From NCBI GenBank assembly GCA_021513695.1, contig CP084166.1:1440001-1504000 (forward strand): a DNA stretch of 64,000 bases. Direction: 5' to 3'. The stretch comes from Candidatus Heimdallarchaeum aukensis. Lineage in GTDB: Archaea; Asgardarchaeota; Heimdallarchaeia; Heimdallarchaeales; Heimdallarchaeaceae. A program made the translations under genes and the position numbers. The notes under the pieces are model-generated. The model made no database searches. It was not told where the DNA came from and saw only the letters and a program-made list of their open reading frames with translations. This document shows positions 19,239 through 27,386 of this stretch, piece by piece; the stretch's first letter is position 1; each line of letters begins with the position of its first letter.

Positions 19239-19865
19239 ATGATGGAGGAAATGATACACAATATTTGGATTGCTAAGGATACTGGTGAATGTCTATATCA
19301 TAGAAGATTTAATGATGACATCAACATAGATGAGAATTTAATAACCAGCTTTCTCTCTGCAATTGAAATTTTTGCTCAAAATGTCGATTCTGGCTGTGAA
19401 CAGCTTGAAACAAAAAGGTACAAATTCATCTATGCACAAACAGATAACACTGTCACAGTTGCTTGTATTGACAAAAATGATGATGATACCTATATCAAGA
19501 AAGAAGTAGAAGCAATTCAAAATGAGTTTAAATCCCGTTTCAGTAAAATGTTAGAAAATTGGAATGGAAGAGTAGAGTTATTTAGTACAATGGATGAATT
19601 CGTCGATAAAAGATTATCTTCCTTTAATTCCATTCTTGGTTCGTTTAAGAATAAAAAACTGGAGCTGAATGAGATGATTATTAAGCAAAAACCTAAATTA
19701 AAACTCAGTCCTCAGCAAGAGAAAGTCATATCACTGATCAGATATAAAGGGACAGCCACGTTACAGGACATTTGTAAATGGATGAAATTAACTGAGCCAG
19801 ATGCAGAAATAGCTGCAAAGAGCCTTTTACACAATAATATTATACGTGAGGTTACAGGCGCTTAA
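19239..19865 (+). CDS. Soluble roadblock/longin-like domain protein with C-terminal winged-helix (paralog of the cytoplasmic tail of the 6274..8873 surface protein)
   Basis: 'IWIAKDTGECLY', 'ITSFLSAIEIFAQNV' and '...FKSRFSKMLENWNGRVELFSTMDEF' align with 'VLVVHKDTSSPVY', 'VTGFLQAVSTMAKEI' and '...FEKRFSHVAENWIGSLDEF' of the 7296..8873 segment. The C-terminal 'ISLIRYKGTATLQDICKWMKL...' is wHTH-like. The fold assignment is tentative. Confidence 0.45.
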   Translation: MMEEMIHNIWIAKDTGECLYHRRFNDDINIDENLITSFLSAIEIFAQNVDSGCEQLETKRYKFIYAQTDNTVTVACIDKNDDDTYIKKEVEAIQNEFKSRFSKMLENWNGRVELFSTMDEFVDKRLSSFNSILGSFKNKKLELNEMIIKQKPKLKLSPQQEKVISLIRYKGTATLQDICKWMKLTEPDAEIAAKSLLHNNIIREVTGA

Positions 19866-20129
19866 CTATTTCTTTTTCTCTTTTATTTCCTTCTTTGGTG
19901 AAGAGTTACTCATCCACTCAGGTTCAGTTTGTTTTCCAAATTCTTTATTGAATTCTTGAACTAAAACTCTAGCTTGTTTAGCGGTATTTACTGTCATTAT
20001 TTGTTTTTTATAAACATCTATTCGTTTATTGCAATAGGGACATTGCTTTGTTTTCTGTCCTGTTTTGCAATAAGAGAATTTTCCACAATATCTGTTTGAA
20101 CAACGTACTATTGTATACACACTTTTCAC
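19866..20129 (-). CDS. Small C4 zinc-ribbon protein
   Basis: 'CSNRYCGKFSYCKTGQKTKQCPYCNKR'. Start trimmed to the GTG at 20127-20129 to remove a 79-bp overlap with the well-supported YjbQ gene; the longer ATG start at 20204 cannot be excluded. Confidence 0.4.
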   Translation of the reverse strand: MKSVYTIVRCSNRYCGKFSYCKTGQKTKQCPYCNKRIDVYKKQIMTVNTAKQARVLVQEFNKEFGKQTEPEWMSNSSPKKEIKEKKK

Positions 20130-20539
20130 TGTCCAATGATTGTAACTGCGACTCTTCGATGTCTGCTTCTCACATCTAGACAAATAAAAACTGGTTGTTG
20201 CCATGTTCCTAACTGTAACCGTGAATTATGAATAGATAAAGATAAACTTGGACCAATTAAACTTGCTCTTAAGTGTGAATGAGCGTTTGAATCAATCATG
20301 TCGTGTTTATATCCCGCACCTTTTGGGACTAGTTTCTCTAATATCTGTTTAAAGTCACTTAGTACTCTTGATTCATACTCTATCGTAGTTAAAGCTCCCG
20401 TAGAACCTATTACATTTGCAGACAAAATACCATTCTTTATTTTTGATTTAGAAACAAGATCTTCAAACATTGAAGTTAGATCTACAATAGTTATTTCTCC
20501 TTTTGTATCAAATTCTAGTATTTCAGAATAGACATTCAT
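20126..20539 (-). CDS. YjbQ/UPF0047 family protein (secondary thiamine-phosphate synthase-like)
   Basis: '...DSNAHSHLRASLIGPSLSLSIHNSRLQLGTWQQPVFICLDVRSRHRRVAVTIIGQ' is the conserved YjbQ C-terminal signature (H..H..a.l.G, LGTWQ). Confidence 0.75.
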   Translation of the reverse strand: MNVYSEILEFDTKGEITIVDLTSMFEDLVSKSKIKNGILSANVIGSTGALTTIEYESRVLSDFKQILEKLVPKGAGYKHDMIDSNAHSHLRASLIGPSLSLSIHNSRLQLGTWQQPVFICLDVRSRHRRVAVTIIGQ

Positions 20540-20579
20540 TTTCTCTTCAAATATTGTATAGCATTATCTTTTTTAATTC

Positions 20580-22931
20580 TTGGTTTTAATTAAAAGATTG
20601 ATTTTTTTCAAAAATCGTAAAAATGTTTATTATCTTTCATACGTAAATAAATTGGATAATATGGTAATACAAGAAGAGAGTAAGGACATCATAGAAGACT
20701 CACCTTTTAACCGCCTTGTTCTTGCAGAAATGGAGAGAGAACGACTTTACTCTACATTTGCTTTAGTTGACGAATTTAATGAAATTGCGTCTTCATGGTT
20801 AGAATTTTCAGATTTTTGTGCAAAATCATTATTTAATTTAACAAATTTATCATTTCTTCTCTATGAGCGGTATCTTGATGAATTTAATAGAGATAAGCAA
20901 CAAATAGAGATAAATTTTGAACGTAAAAGCTTCATTATTAAGAGAATAGAAAATCTGCAACAATTCCAAATGGAAGCAGCTATTTTAATGATTCTCTATG
21001 CAGATATTGTTAACACAGGCATTTTTGAGTCTAAACCTGCAGAAAATTTTTGTTATTTAAACATTGAAGGATATAAGGTTCTTGAGAAAATCTCTTCTAC
21101 ATATTTCGATTCTACTCATCCCAGGGCCTCATCAATTGAAGATATTATGGTAAAGTTATTTACAATAAGTCAAAAAGTCCAAATTGTGAAGATACTAAAT
21201 GATTCGCCAATTAAAAAAGCAAAAGAACCATCTTTTATTCAAGAACAACTTGAGTTGGAAAGATTATTAGCAAGTTTTGAGTTTGATTTTATTGCTAAGT
21301 TAATAGAAGAACTCGGAAAAAGATGGTGGTGGTATGACCCAATTGCAATACATTTTAGCTATGAAAGAGCAATGAAACACTTAGAAAAATCTCTTTCCCT
21401 TTTAGAACATAGTGAGGAAAATGTTCTACAAATTAAAGAAGAAATTAAAAATAAGATCTCAACAATAGATAAAATTTGGAGAAATAAAGCACTAATTGAT
21501 CACTTTTATAGAATCACATTAGAAGCAGCTAAAAAAGACAACTTTGTTGCAAGCATCGAATACCTAAACTTAATTTTAGGATTAATCGATGAAATCATTG
21601 AATATTTTCAAAACAATAATGAACATTTAGAAAGCGAAGAACAATTTTATGAAGAAATAGAAGAACGTAAAAACGATTTAAAAGTTTTTCATATTGTTGT
21701 CAGACTAGCTCTTTCTGTAGCTGAAATCATAAACAAACAAACCTCAATAGATAAAGCATTGTTAGAAAAAAAACTTACAGAAATAGAAAAAATATGCAAA
21801 GATTCTTCATTGTTTTCCAATATAAATTACTTCTCTGAAATTATTTATGTTTATCAAGGCTTTGTTCAAACAGCTAGAATTGGTATACTGAAGAAACAAA
21901 AAACAGAGAAAATCTTGAATAATGCAATAGCACAATTTGAATACTATATAGTCAAACTTGAGAATAGTTTAACAAAAATTGCTAATGATTTTTATAAGAA
22001 AGTCCATAAAGGGACGCTAAAAAGTACTGATTTTAAAAATTACTTAAAAAAGATTGAAGAGTTAAAGTACATCAGTTTCTTTTTACCTAACTTAGAACAA
22101 AAACTCAATCTTACACGAGAAATAGAGTCAATGGAATGTTATATTAAATCAATAGCTGCATTAAAACAGTCACAATCCCAAGAGTTGTCTGAAATTGAAA
22201 AACTCATCTATTATTCGAAAGCACACTATTTCTCAAATAAAGCTTTAGATTTGTCTCAAAGTAAGGAAAAAGCCATAATTCCTGACAATTGGCTTGAAGA
22301 GCAGTTCCTTAAAACTTTCACTGAAGGGAGAGAAGTCGAGTTAAAACTTTTTGAATTATCACGTCAATTTCTTTTTCTAAATAAAGTAATAGATGAAATT
22401 GCTTATTGCTTTGACATTTCAGAAAAAAAGAAAGAAAAAATTGAAAATTATGAGACAGTTCTTCAATTTCACTTTAGAAAATTTGAACTCTTTGAAATCA
22501 TTAACAAACAGATAGAAGAAAATTGTTTAGAATCCCTGAAATACAGAGAAATATCAAATGATATTGTAATTGTAGATAAAAACGTCAATTGGCAAATTAT
22601 TGAAGCTAAAAAAATATTGGCATCTTCAGCAGACAAATTAATCAAAGCACTTAAAAAATGCGCCCTTGGTTATGCAGCAGATAGAAGTAAAGACAACTAT
22701 AAAGCAGCTGTTTTATTTAATGAAGGTTATAAGCTGGTTCAGGAAGCATGTAATATTTTAGACCCACTAACTACATATGACAAACAATTTGCTGATTTGG
22801 CAAAAACAACTTACGAATTCAATTTGTTTCTAAAGGAACTTGAACGTTTGGAACTTGAGAAGAAAAAAATAAAAGAATTTCCTCTAGAAAAAGTGTTGTC
22901 TCTAGTTAAGAAAATAATTTTCTTTTCGTAA
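20580..22931 (+). CDS. Large (~755-783 aa) predicted all-alpha hypothetical protein
   Basis: Long uninterrupted ORF with an E/K-rich helical composition and no recognisable catalytic motif. The likely start is the ATG at 20661 ('MVIQEESKD'). Confidence 0.55.
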   Translation: MVLIKRLIFFKNRKNVYYLSYVNKLDNMVIQEESKDIIEDSPFNRLVLAEMERERLYSTFALVDEFNEIASSWLEFSDFCAKSLFNLTNLSFLLYERYLDEFNRDKQQIEINFERKSFIIKRIENLQQFQMEAAILMILYADIVNTGIFESKPAENFCYLNIEGYKVLEKISSTYFDSTHPRASSIEDIMVKLFTISQKVQIVKILNDSPIKKAKEPSFIQEQLELERLLASFEFDFIAKLIEELGKRWWWYDPIAIHFSYERAMKHLEKSLSLLEHSEENVLQIKEEIKNKISTIDKIWRNKALIDHFYRITLEAAKKDNFVASIEYLNLILGLIDEIIEYFQNNNEHLESEEQFYEEIEERKNDLKVFHIVVRLALSVAEIINKQTSIDKALLEKKLTEIEKICKDSSLFSNINYFSEIIYVYQGFVQTARIGILKKQKTEKILNNAIAQFEYYIVKLENSLTKIANDFYKKVHKGTLKSTDFKNYLKKIEELKYISFFLPNLEQKLNLTREIESMECYIKSIAALKQSQSQELSEIEKLIYYSKAHYFSNKALDLSQSKEKAIIPDNWLEEQFLKTFTEGREVELKLFELSRQFLFLNKVIDEIAYCFDISEKKKEKIENYETVLQFHFRKFELFEIINKQIEENCLESLKYREISNDIVIVDKNVNWQIIEAKKILASSADKLIKALKKCALGYAADRSKDNYKAAVLFNEGYKLVQEACNILDPLTTYDKQFADLAKTTYEFNLFLKELERLELEKKKIKEFPLEKVLSLVKKIIFFS

Positions 22932-22975
22932 TACCTTTACATAATCTTTAAAATTTTATCAAAAAATTAACTCAC

Positions 22976-23824
22976 ATGAATAGTTTTCTGCTAAACGATG
23001 AGGAAAAAAAACAAATACTTTCTAAATACACAGAATTCTCATCTTTACGAGGTGAACCAAATAAAGAATTAGATCAATATTTTGTAACGCAAGATACTAG
23101 TTTAAAGAGAGCCTTGCTATTTGAACCAGAAGAATACGAAAGTAAGTGGGTTATTTTTCTAGGAGATATGGATCTAGTAGGTTTTCACTTAGGATTATTA
23201 GCAAAACCTAAGGACTTAGCGGTACTTGATATTGATAAAAGAATGCCAGAAATGGTTTTTTCAATGAAGTTTAACTACAAAATTAGATCAGCTCGATATA
23301 TTAACCATGATTTAAGAATAAGGATGTTGGCAGTATTAAAAAATCAATATGATTTTATTTTCACAGAATCACCTATGACAATTGAGGGCAATGAAGTTTT
23401 CCTTTCTCGCGCTGTACAATGTGCAAAAAAAGACGGTAATAGTAGAATAATATTGTCAACAGATGTTAAAGATGAAAAACGAGATGAGTTATACTCACTT
23501 TTTGATCAAATGAATCTTGAAGTTGAGCAACATATTAAAGACTTTAACAGCTACTCCTTTGAGACTGCTTTAGGCAAAAAGAACTCTGATTTATTCATCC
23601 TCCGCGTTTTAGAAAATTCAAAAGAGAACATAGTCAATCACTATTTAGGCCCAATGTTTTTCAGAGAGATAGAACAAGAAACAAAACCATATAGATGTAA
23701 ATGTGGGAATATCATAGAAGTAGGGAAAGATGTGTCTTCATTAGATGAACTATACGAAAAAGGTTGCCCTGAATGTGGTCATAAAGAAGTATTTGTTTAC
23801 AACTCTTCAATTAAATTAGAGTAA
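22976..23824 (+). CDS. DUF43-like (bis-aminopropyl-spermidine synthase BpsA-like fold) protein with C-terminal zinc ribbon
   Basis: 'WVIFLGDMDLVGFHLGLLAKPKDLAVLDIDKRMPEMV' parallels the DUF43 'VLVLGDDDL.S.AL.L.g.pk.v.VvDIDeRl' core, but with GDMD in place of GDDD. The C-terminus has 'CKCGNIIEV...GCPECGH'. Confidence 0.4.
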   Translation: MNSFLLNDEEKKQILSKYTEFSSLRGEPNKELDQYFVTQDTSLKRALLFEPEEYESKWVIFLGDMDLVGFHLGLLAKPKDLAVLDIDKRMPEMVFSMKFNYKIRSARYINHDLRIRMLAVLKNQYDFIFTESPMTIEGNEVFLSRAVQCAKKDGNSRIILSTDVKDEKRDELYSLFDQMNLEVEQHIKDFNSYSFETALGKKNSDLFILRVLENSKENIVNHYLGPMFFREIEQETKPYRCKCGNIIEVGKDVSSLDELYEKGCPECGHKEVFVYNSSIKLE

Positions 23825-23837
23825 ATTAGTGAGAAAT

Positions 23838-24182
23838 ATGACTCAAGTTCAAACAGAAACAAGATGCGCAAATTGTGATAGGGTAATTAAGCTAACTCCA
23901 GAAATTTTAGAATCAGGTTGTCCAGATTGTGGTTCGTTTAAATTTATAACCAAAAGGATTTTAACAGATTTGGAGAAACAACAAAAAGAAGTAAAGGTCT
24001 TGATAGATAAAGAAATGAGAGAAGAAGATATTACAAAAGATATATCTTCTATAAGACTGAGTACTGAAGGGACATTTGAAATTGATTTAGAGAAACTGCT
24101 CGAAGAAGTAACTGAAAACAAGCCTATAATAACAAGAAATAAGGACGGAACCTATCATGTCAAGTTCCCTGAAAAAAAATAA
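23838..24182 (+). CDS. Small zinc-ribbon protein (about 115 aa)
   Basis: 'CANCDRVIKLTPEILESGCPDCGSF' has the same C..C....L...GCP.CG pattern as the C-terminus of the upstream gene. Followed by a charged helical tail. Confidence 0.45.
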   Translation: MTQVQTETRCANCDRVIKLTPEILESGCPDCGSFKFITKRILTDLEKQQKEVKVLIDKEMREEDITKDISSIRLSTEGTFEIDLEKLLEEVTENKPIITRNKDGTYHVKFPEKK

Positions 24183-24266
24183 ATTGGATAAGCAAAATTT
24201 ACTTTTAAATCACAACTTTTAAATCAAGACTAGAAGAAGTAGAAATGAAATAGGAGTACAAAAAAA

Positions 24267-24932
24267 ATGGTCGCTAAAGATCAACTTGATAAGGAAGATA
24301 GAATAAAAAAGGGAGTAGAAGAGATTCTAAGCTTCAGAGGATATGAAATTAAAAAAATAAATACAGATGATGATTATATTGATTTTTACGCTGAAAAAAC
24401 TGATGAAGACGGAGAAGAAACAAATTTAATTGTCAGATTTCCTAGAAAAGCGAGCATAGGAGTAAAAACAATAAGAGAACTTGATCAATATAGAAAAGAT
24501 GAAGATATTCAAGATGCAATAATTATAGCAGAAGGAGCTTTAACTCACTATGCAAAAAGAGAATGTTTAGAACGAGGAGTGGAAATAATAAGTGGAACAA
24601 ATCCCCTTTTTAATATCTTTGATCACATAATGGTTCCACTTCATATAAAACTTGAAGATGATGAAGTTGAAGAAGTTTTAAAGAAATATCAAATAAAGAA
24701 GCATCAATTGCCAAAGATCCTAGACTCAGACCCTGCGATTAAAGCTATTCAAGCAAACCCAGGAGATATAATAAAGATAATTAGAAACCCAAACATGGGA
24801 GAAGCAGGAGTATATTATCGATATGTTATCAGATCTACATCAAGATTAAGGCTAGCAGCAAAAACTCAACGCTCCTCTTTAGAAGAAGAAGTTGTAGAAG
24901 ACATAGAAGAAGATATAGAAGAAGAACTTTAG
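24267..24932 (+). CDS. rpoH: DNA-directed RNA polymerase subunit H (Rpb5 homolog), full-length eukaryote-like form with N-terminal Rpb5 'jaw' domain
   Basis: C-terminal 'LKKYQIKKHQLPKILDSDPAIKAIQANPGDIIKIIRNPNMGEAGVYYRYVI' is canonical RpoH/Rpb5-C. The N-terminal ~130 aa align with the eukaryotic Rpb5 N-domain (memory comparison with human RPB5). Acidic tail 'EEEVVEDIEEDIEEEL'. Confidence 0.8.
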   Translation: MVAKDQLDKEDRIKKGVEEILSFRGYEIKKINTDDDYIDFYAEKTDEDGEETNLIVRFPRKASIGVKTIRELDQYRKDEDIQDAIIIAEGALTHYAKRECLERGVEIISGTNPLFNIFDHIMVPLHIKLEDDEVEEVLKKYQIKKHQLPKILDSDPAIKAIQANPGDIIKIIRNPNMGEAGVYYRYVIRSTSRLRLAAKTQRSSLEEEVVEDIEEDIEEEL

Positions 24933-24972
24933 AAAAACTTTAGAAAAACTTTAGAAAAACTTTCTTTCTTAA
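24925..24972. repeat. Short tandem repeat (TAGAAAAACT x3, then a degenerate copy) at the 3' end of rpoH
   Basis: Seen directly as agaaaaacttTAGAAAAACTTTAGAAAAACTTTAGAAAAACTTTCtttc. The stop codon lies within the first repeat. Confidence 0.6.
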
Positions 24973-25042
24973 AAAAAGTAAAAGAAGAAATGTGATTTGT
25001 TTTTCTGAAAGATTTATTACATCCTTCTTTTCTTTTCATTTA

Positions 25043-25984
25043 ATGAAAGAAAAAGGTAAAATTGTTTTTTTAGGTGGTGGTACAGGAACACCTAAACTTA
25101 TACAAGGGATTAGGAGAATTATTAATGAAGAGAATATCACTGTAATTACCAATACAGCAGATGATATAACTCTTTATGGTTTATATATATCTCCAGATGT
25201 AGATACATATCTTTACCTTTTTTCAAATTTACTTGACACTAAAAAATTCTGGGGTATAGAAGGAGATTCTTATTATACTTATTCATTTCTAAAGAAATTC
25301 GACAAAAATGCTTGGTTCACTTTGGGAGATAAAGATTTAGCTATCCATCTCTTTAGAACACAAAAACTTCAAGAAGGGAAGAACCTTTCAGAAATAACAA
25401 CTATCTTAGCCAATCGTTTAAATATAAAAGCAAAAATTTTACCATGTACAGATAATCATATAGAAACAAGAATTGTTACAAAAAATGGCCATGACATTCA
25501 TTTTCAAGAGTTTTGGGTACGCGAAAAAGCAAACTTATCTATTAAAGAAATATATGTTAAGGGAATAGAAAACGCGATTATTCCTGATGATATTTTTAGC
25601 GAAATTGAGGAAGCAGATAAAATTATTTTAGGTCCTAGCAATCCAATAACAAGTATCGGTCCGATAATTTCGATAAAAAAAATTAGACAGTCATTAAAGA
25701 AAAATAAAGAGAAATGCATAGCTATTAGTCCTATTGTTGGAGATAGGGCAATAAGTGGACCTACATGTCAATTTCTTGCAACTAAAAACAAAAATTGCTC
25801 AATAAAAGATATAATTTCCCTTTATGAAGATTTTATTACATGCTTTTTTATTGATGAGTCTGATAAGAACATAGAAGAACAAATTAAAAATATCTATCCA
25901 AATTTAGATATTCGAAATGAAAATATAGTAATGAAAGATATTAGTATCTCACAGAATTTAGCAAAAACATTGCTTAAGGTGTAA
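25043..25984 (+). CDS. cofD: 2-phospho-L-lactate transferase CofD-like (CofD/UPF0052 family)
   Basis: 'KIVFLGGGTGTPKLIQGIRRII...ITVITNTADD' matches the TGTPKL motif of CofD. Start taken at the ATG at 25043 ('MKEKGKIVFLGGG'). Confidence 0.7.
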   Translation: MKEKGKIVFLGGGTGTPKLIQGIRRIINEENITVITNTADDITLYGLYISPDVDTYLYLFSNLLDTKKFWGIEGDSYYTYSFLKKFDKNAWFTLGDKDLAIHLFRTQKLQEGKNLSEITTILANRLNIKAKILPCTDNHIETRIVTKNGHDIHFQEFWVREKANLSIKEIYVKGIENAIIPDDIFSEIEEADKIILGPSNPITSIGPIISIKKIRQSLKKNKEKCIAISPIVGDRAISGPTCQFLATKNKNCSIKDIISLYEDFITCFFIDESDKNIEEQIKNIYPNLDIRNENIVMKDISISQNLAKTLLKV

Positions 25985-25986
25985 AA

Positions 25987-26775
25987 ATGGAAATCTCTCC
26001 ACCTATTATTCAATCTGCATTAGCGGGATATACAACACCATCATTCATTCAATCAATATTAGATAATGGTGCGGGTATGGCTACATTTGGAGGTTATTCT
26101 TTAGATAAATTAACAAATGAGGGATCAACTGAAATAATTAAGAGAAATAGAAAAGAGATTTTACTCCCACGAGATGAAACTGAATTTCAAAAGTGGTGCA
26201 ATCTAAATTTAAATGTAAAAAAAAGTTCAGATAAACAATTAATTGCAATTAATTTACGAATATCTAAAATAGACCAAGAAACTTTAAGAAAAATAAATTT
26301 TTTATCAAACTTTATTGATATTATAGAATTAAATGCTCATTGTAGACAGAAAGAAATTGTAGAAAGGAGAGGAGGAGAGTATTTACTCAAAGATATTAAT
26401 CATTTAGACTACATACTAGAAAAAATCAGAAAAACTTCTCCAAATGATAAAAAGATCGGGATAAAAATCAGAGGTTACATTGTAAAAGACCAACAAAAAC
26501 TAGTGAATGTTCTTGAATCAAGATCTGTTGACTATTTACATATTGACTGCATGGAACCTGGAAAACCCTATGCAAACTTAAAAATACTAAAATCTTTTTC
26601 TGAATTAACAGATATCACTTTAATTGGAAATAACTCTGTTAGAAATGTAAAAGATGTTCAACAAATGATTGATGCAGGAGCTTCTGCTGTTTCAATCGCA
26701 AGACCTTTAATTACTAACCCTAGTTCTATCAAAAGGTTAATATCAGAATGCAAAAACAAAGGAATTCTAAAATGA
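25987..26775 (+). CDS. Dus-like (tRNA-dihydrouridine-synthase-like) FMN-dependent TIM-barrel protein
   Basis: 'ALAGYTTPSFIQ' (cf. Dus 'lAPMagvTd..fR'), 'IIELNAHCRQKEIVERRGGEYLL' (cf. 'IDlNmGCP..kv.k.g.G.aLl', Cys retained), 'IGIKIRGY', 'DYLHIDCM' and 'GASAVSIARPLITNP'. Start lies 3 bp after the cofD stop, and the stop overlaps the cofC start (ATGA). Confidence 0.45.
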   Translation: MEISPPIIQSALAGYTTPSFIQSILDNGAGMATFGGYSLDKLTNEGSTEIIKRNRKEILLPRDETEFQKWCNLNLNVKKSSDKQLIAINLRISKIDQETLRKINFLSNFIDIIELNAHCRQKEIVERRGGEYLLKDINHLDYILEKIRKTSPNDKKIGIKIRGYIVKDQQKLVNVLESRSVDYLHIDCMEPGKPYANLKILKSFSELTDITLIGNNSVRNVKDVQQMIDAGASAVSIARPLITNPSSIKRLISECKNKGILK

Positions 26776-27377
26776 CCAAGACAGCATTCCTCATTCCATA
26801 TAAAGGAACAAATAAAGCAAAAACCAGATTAAGAAGAAAACTTAATGGAGAAGTTGTAGATAAACTCCTTTTTCGTCTCTTCGGAGCGGTAATTCAAGAA
26901 CTATCAGAAATGAAAATAGAAAAGTCTATATACATCTTAACAAAAAACTCTAATCTTCTTCTTAATGAGAATTGTATAAAAATAGTTGACAAAAAAGATG
27001 ACTTTAATGAAGCTATTGTTGAAGCTGTTAAAGATCTAAGTGAAGAAAATATCATAATCATCATGGCTGATCTTTACAAAATTAAAAAAAAAGAGATTAG
27101 ACGAATTATTAAATTAAGAAAAAAGTATTCTGTGGTTATTGCACCCTCAGAAAATGATGGAACTAGCATTTTTGCATTTTCTAAAAAATTACTTTCTGAA
27201 ATAGAATTCTGTTTTGGAAATAATTCTTCATTAATATTTGAAAAACAATTTAAGCAAAAAGGAATAAATTATTTTAAATTACGCTATAAGAATGTTTTTA
27301 AGGATATAGATAACCTTGAAGATATTCTTAGTATAAAAAAATTAGCAAAAGAATTAAACTTATTCAACAAAAATTAG
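26772..27377 (+). CDS. cofC: CofC-like guanylyltransferase (MobA-like nucleotidyltransferase fold)
   Basis: 'TAFLIPYKGTNKAKTRLRRKL' matches CofC 'aiIPvK.f..AKTRL'. ATG at 26772-26774, overlapping the stop of the Dus-like gene. Confidence 0.6.
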   Translation: MTKTAFLIPYKGTNKAKTRLRRKLNGEVVDKLLFRLFGAVIQELSEMKIEKSIYILTKNSNLLLNENCIKIVDKKDDFNEAIVEAVKDLSEENIIIIMADLYKIKKKEIRRIIKLRKKYSVVIAPSENDGTSIFAFSKKLLSEIEFCFGNNSSLIFEKQFKQKGINYFKLRYKNVFKDIDNLEDILSIKKLAKELNLFNKN

Positions 27378-27386
27378 GGATAAAAG

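Noticed and set aside
19866-20204. Full 112-aa ORF overlapping the 3' end of the YjbQ gene by 79 bp
   Set aside because: The YjbQ C-terminus ('LGTWQQ...RRVAVTIIGQ') is family-conserved right to its stop. The small Zn-ribbon gene is therefore shortened to the GTG at 20129; the longer ATG start cannot be ruled out.
24925-24972. Possible CRISPR-like or regulatory repeat (TAGAAAAACT x3-4)
   Set aside because: A 10-bp unit without spacers, only ~45 bp in total, overlapping the rpoH stop codon. It is a microsatellite-type tandem repeat, not a CRISPR array. No CRISPR repeats or cas genes were seen anywhere in the window.
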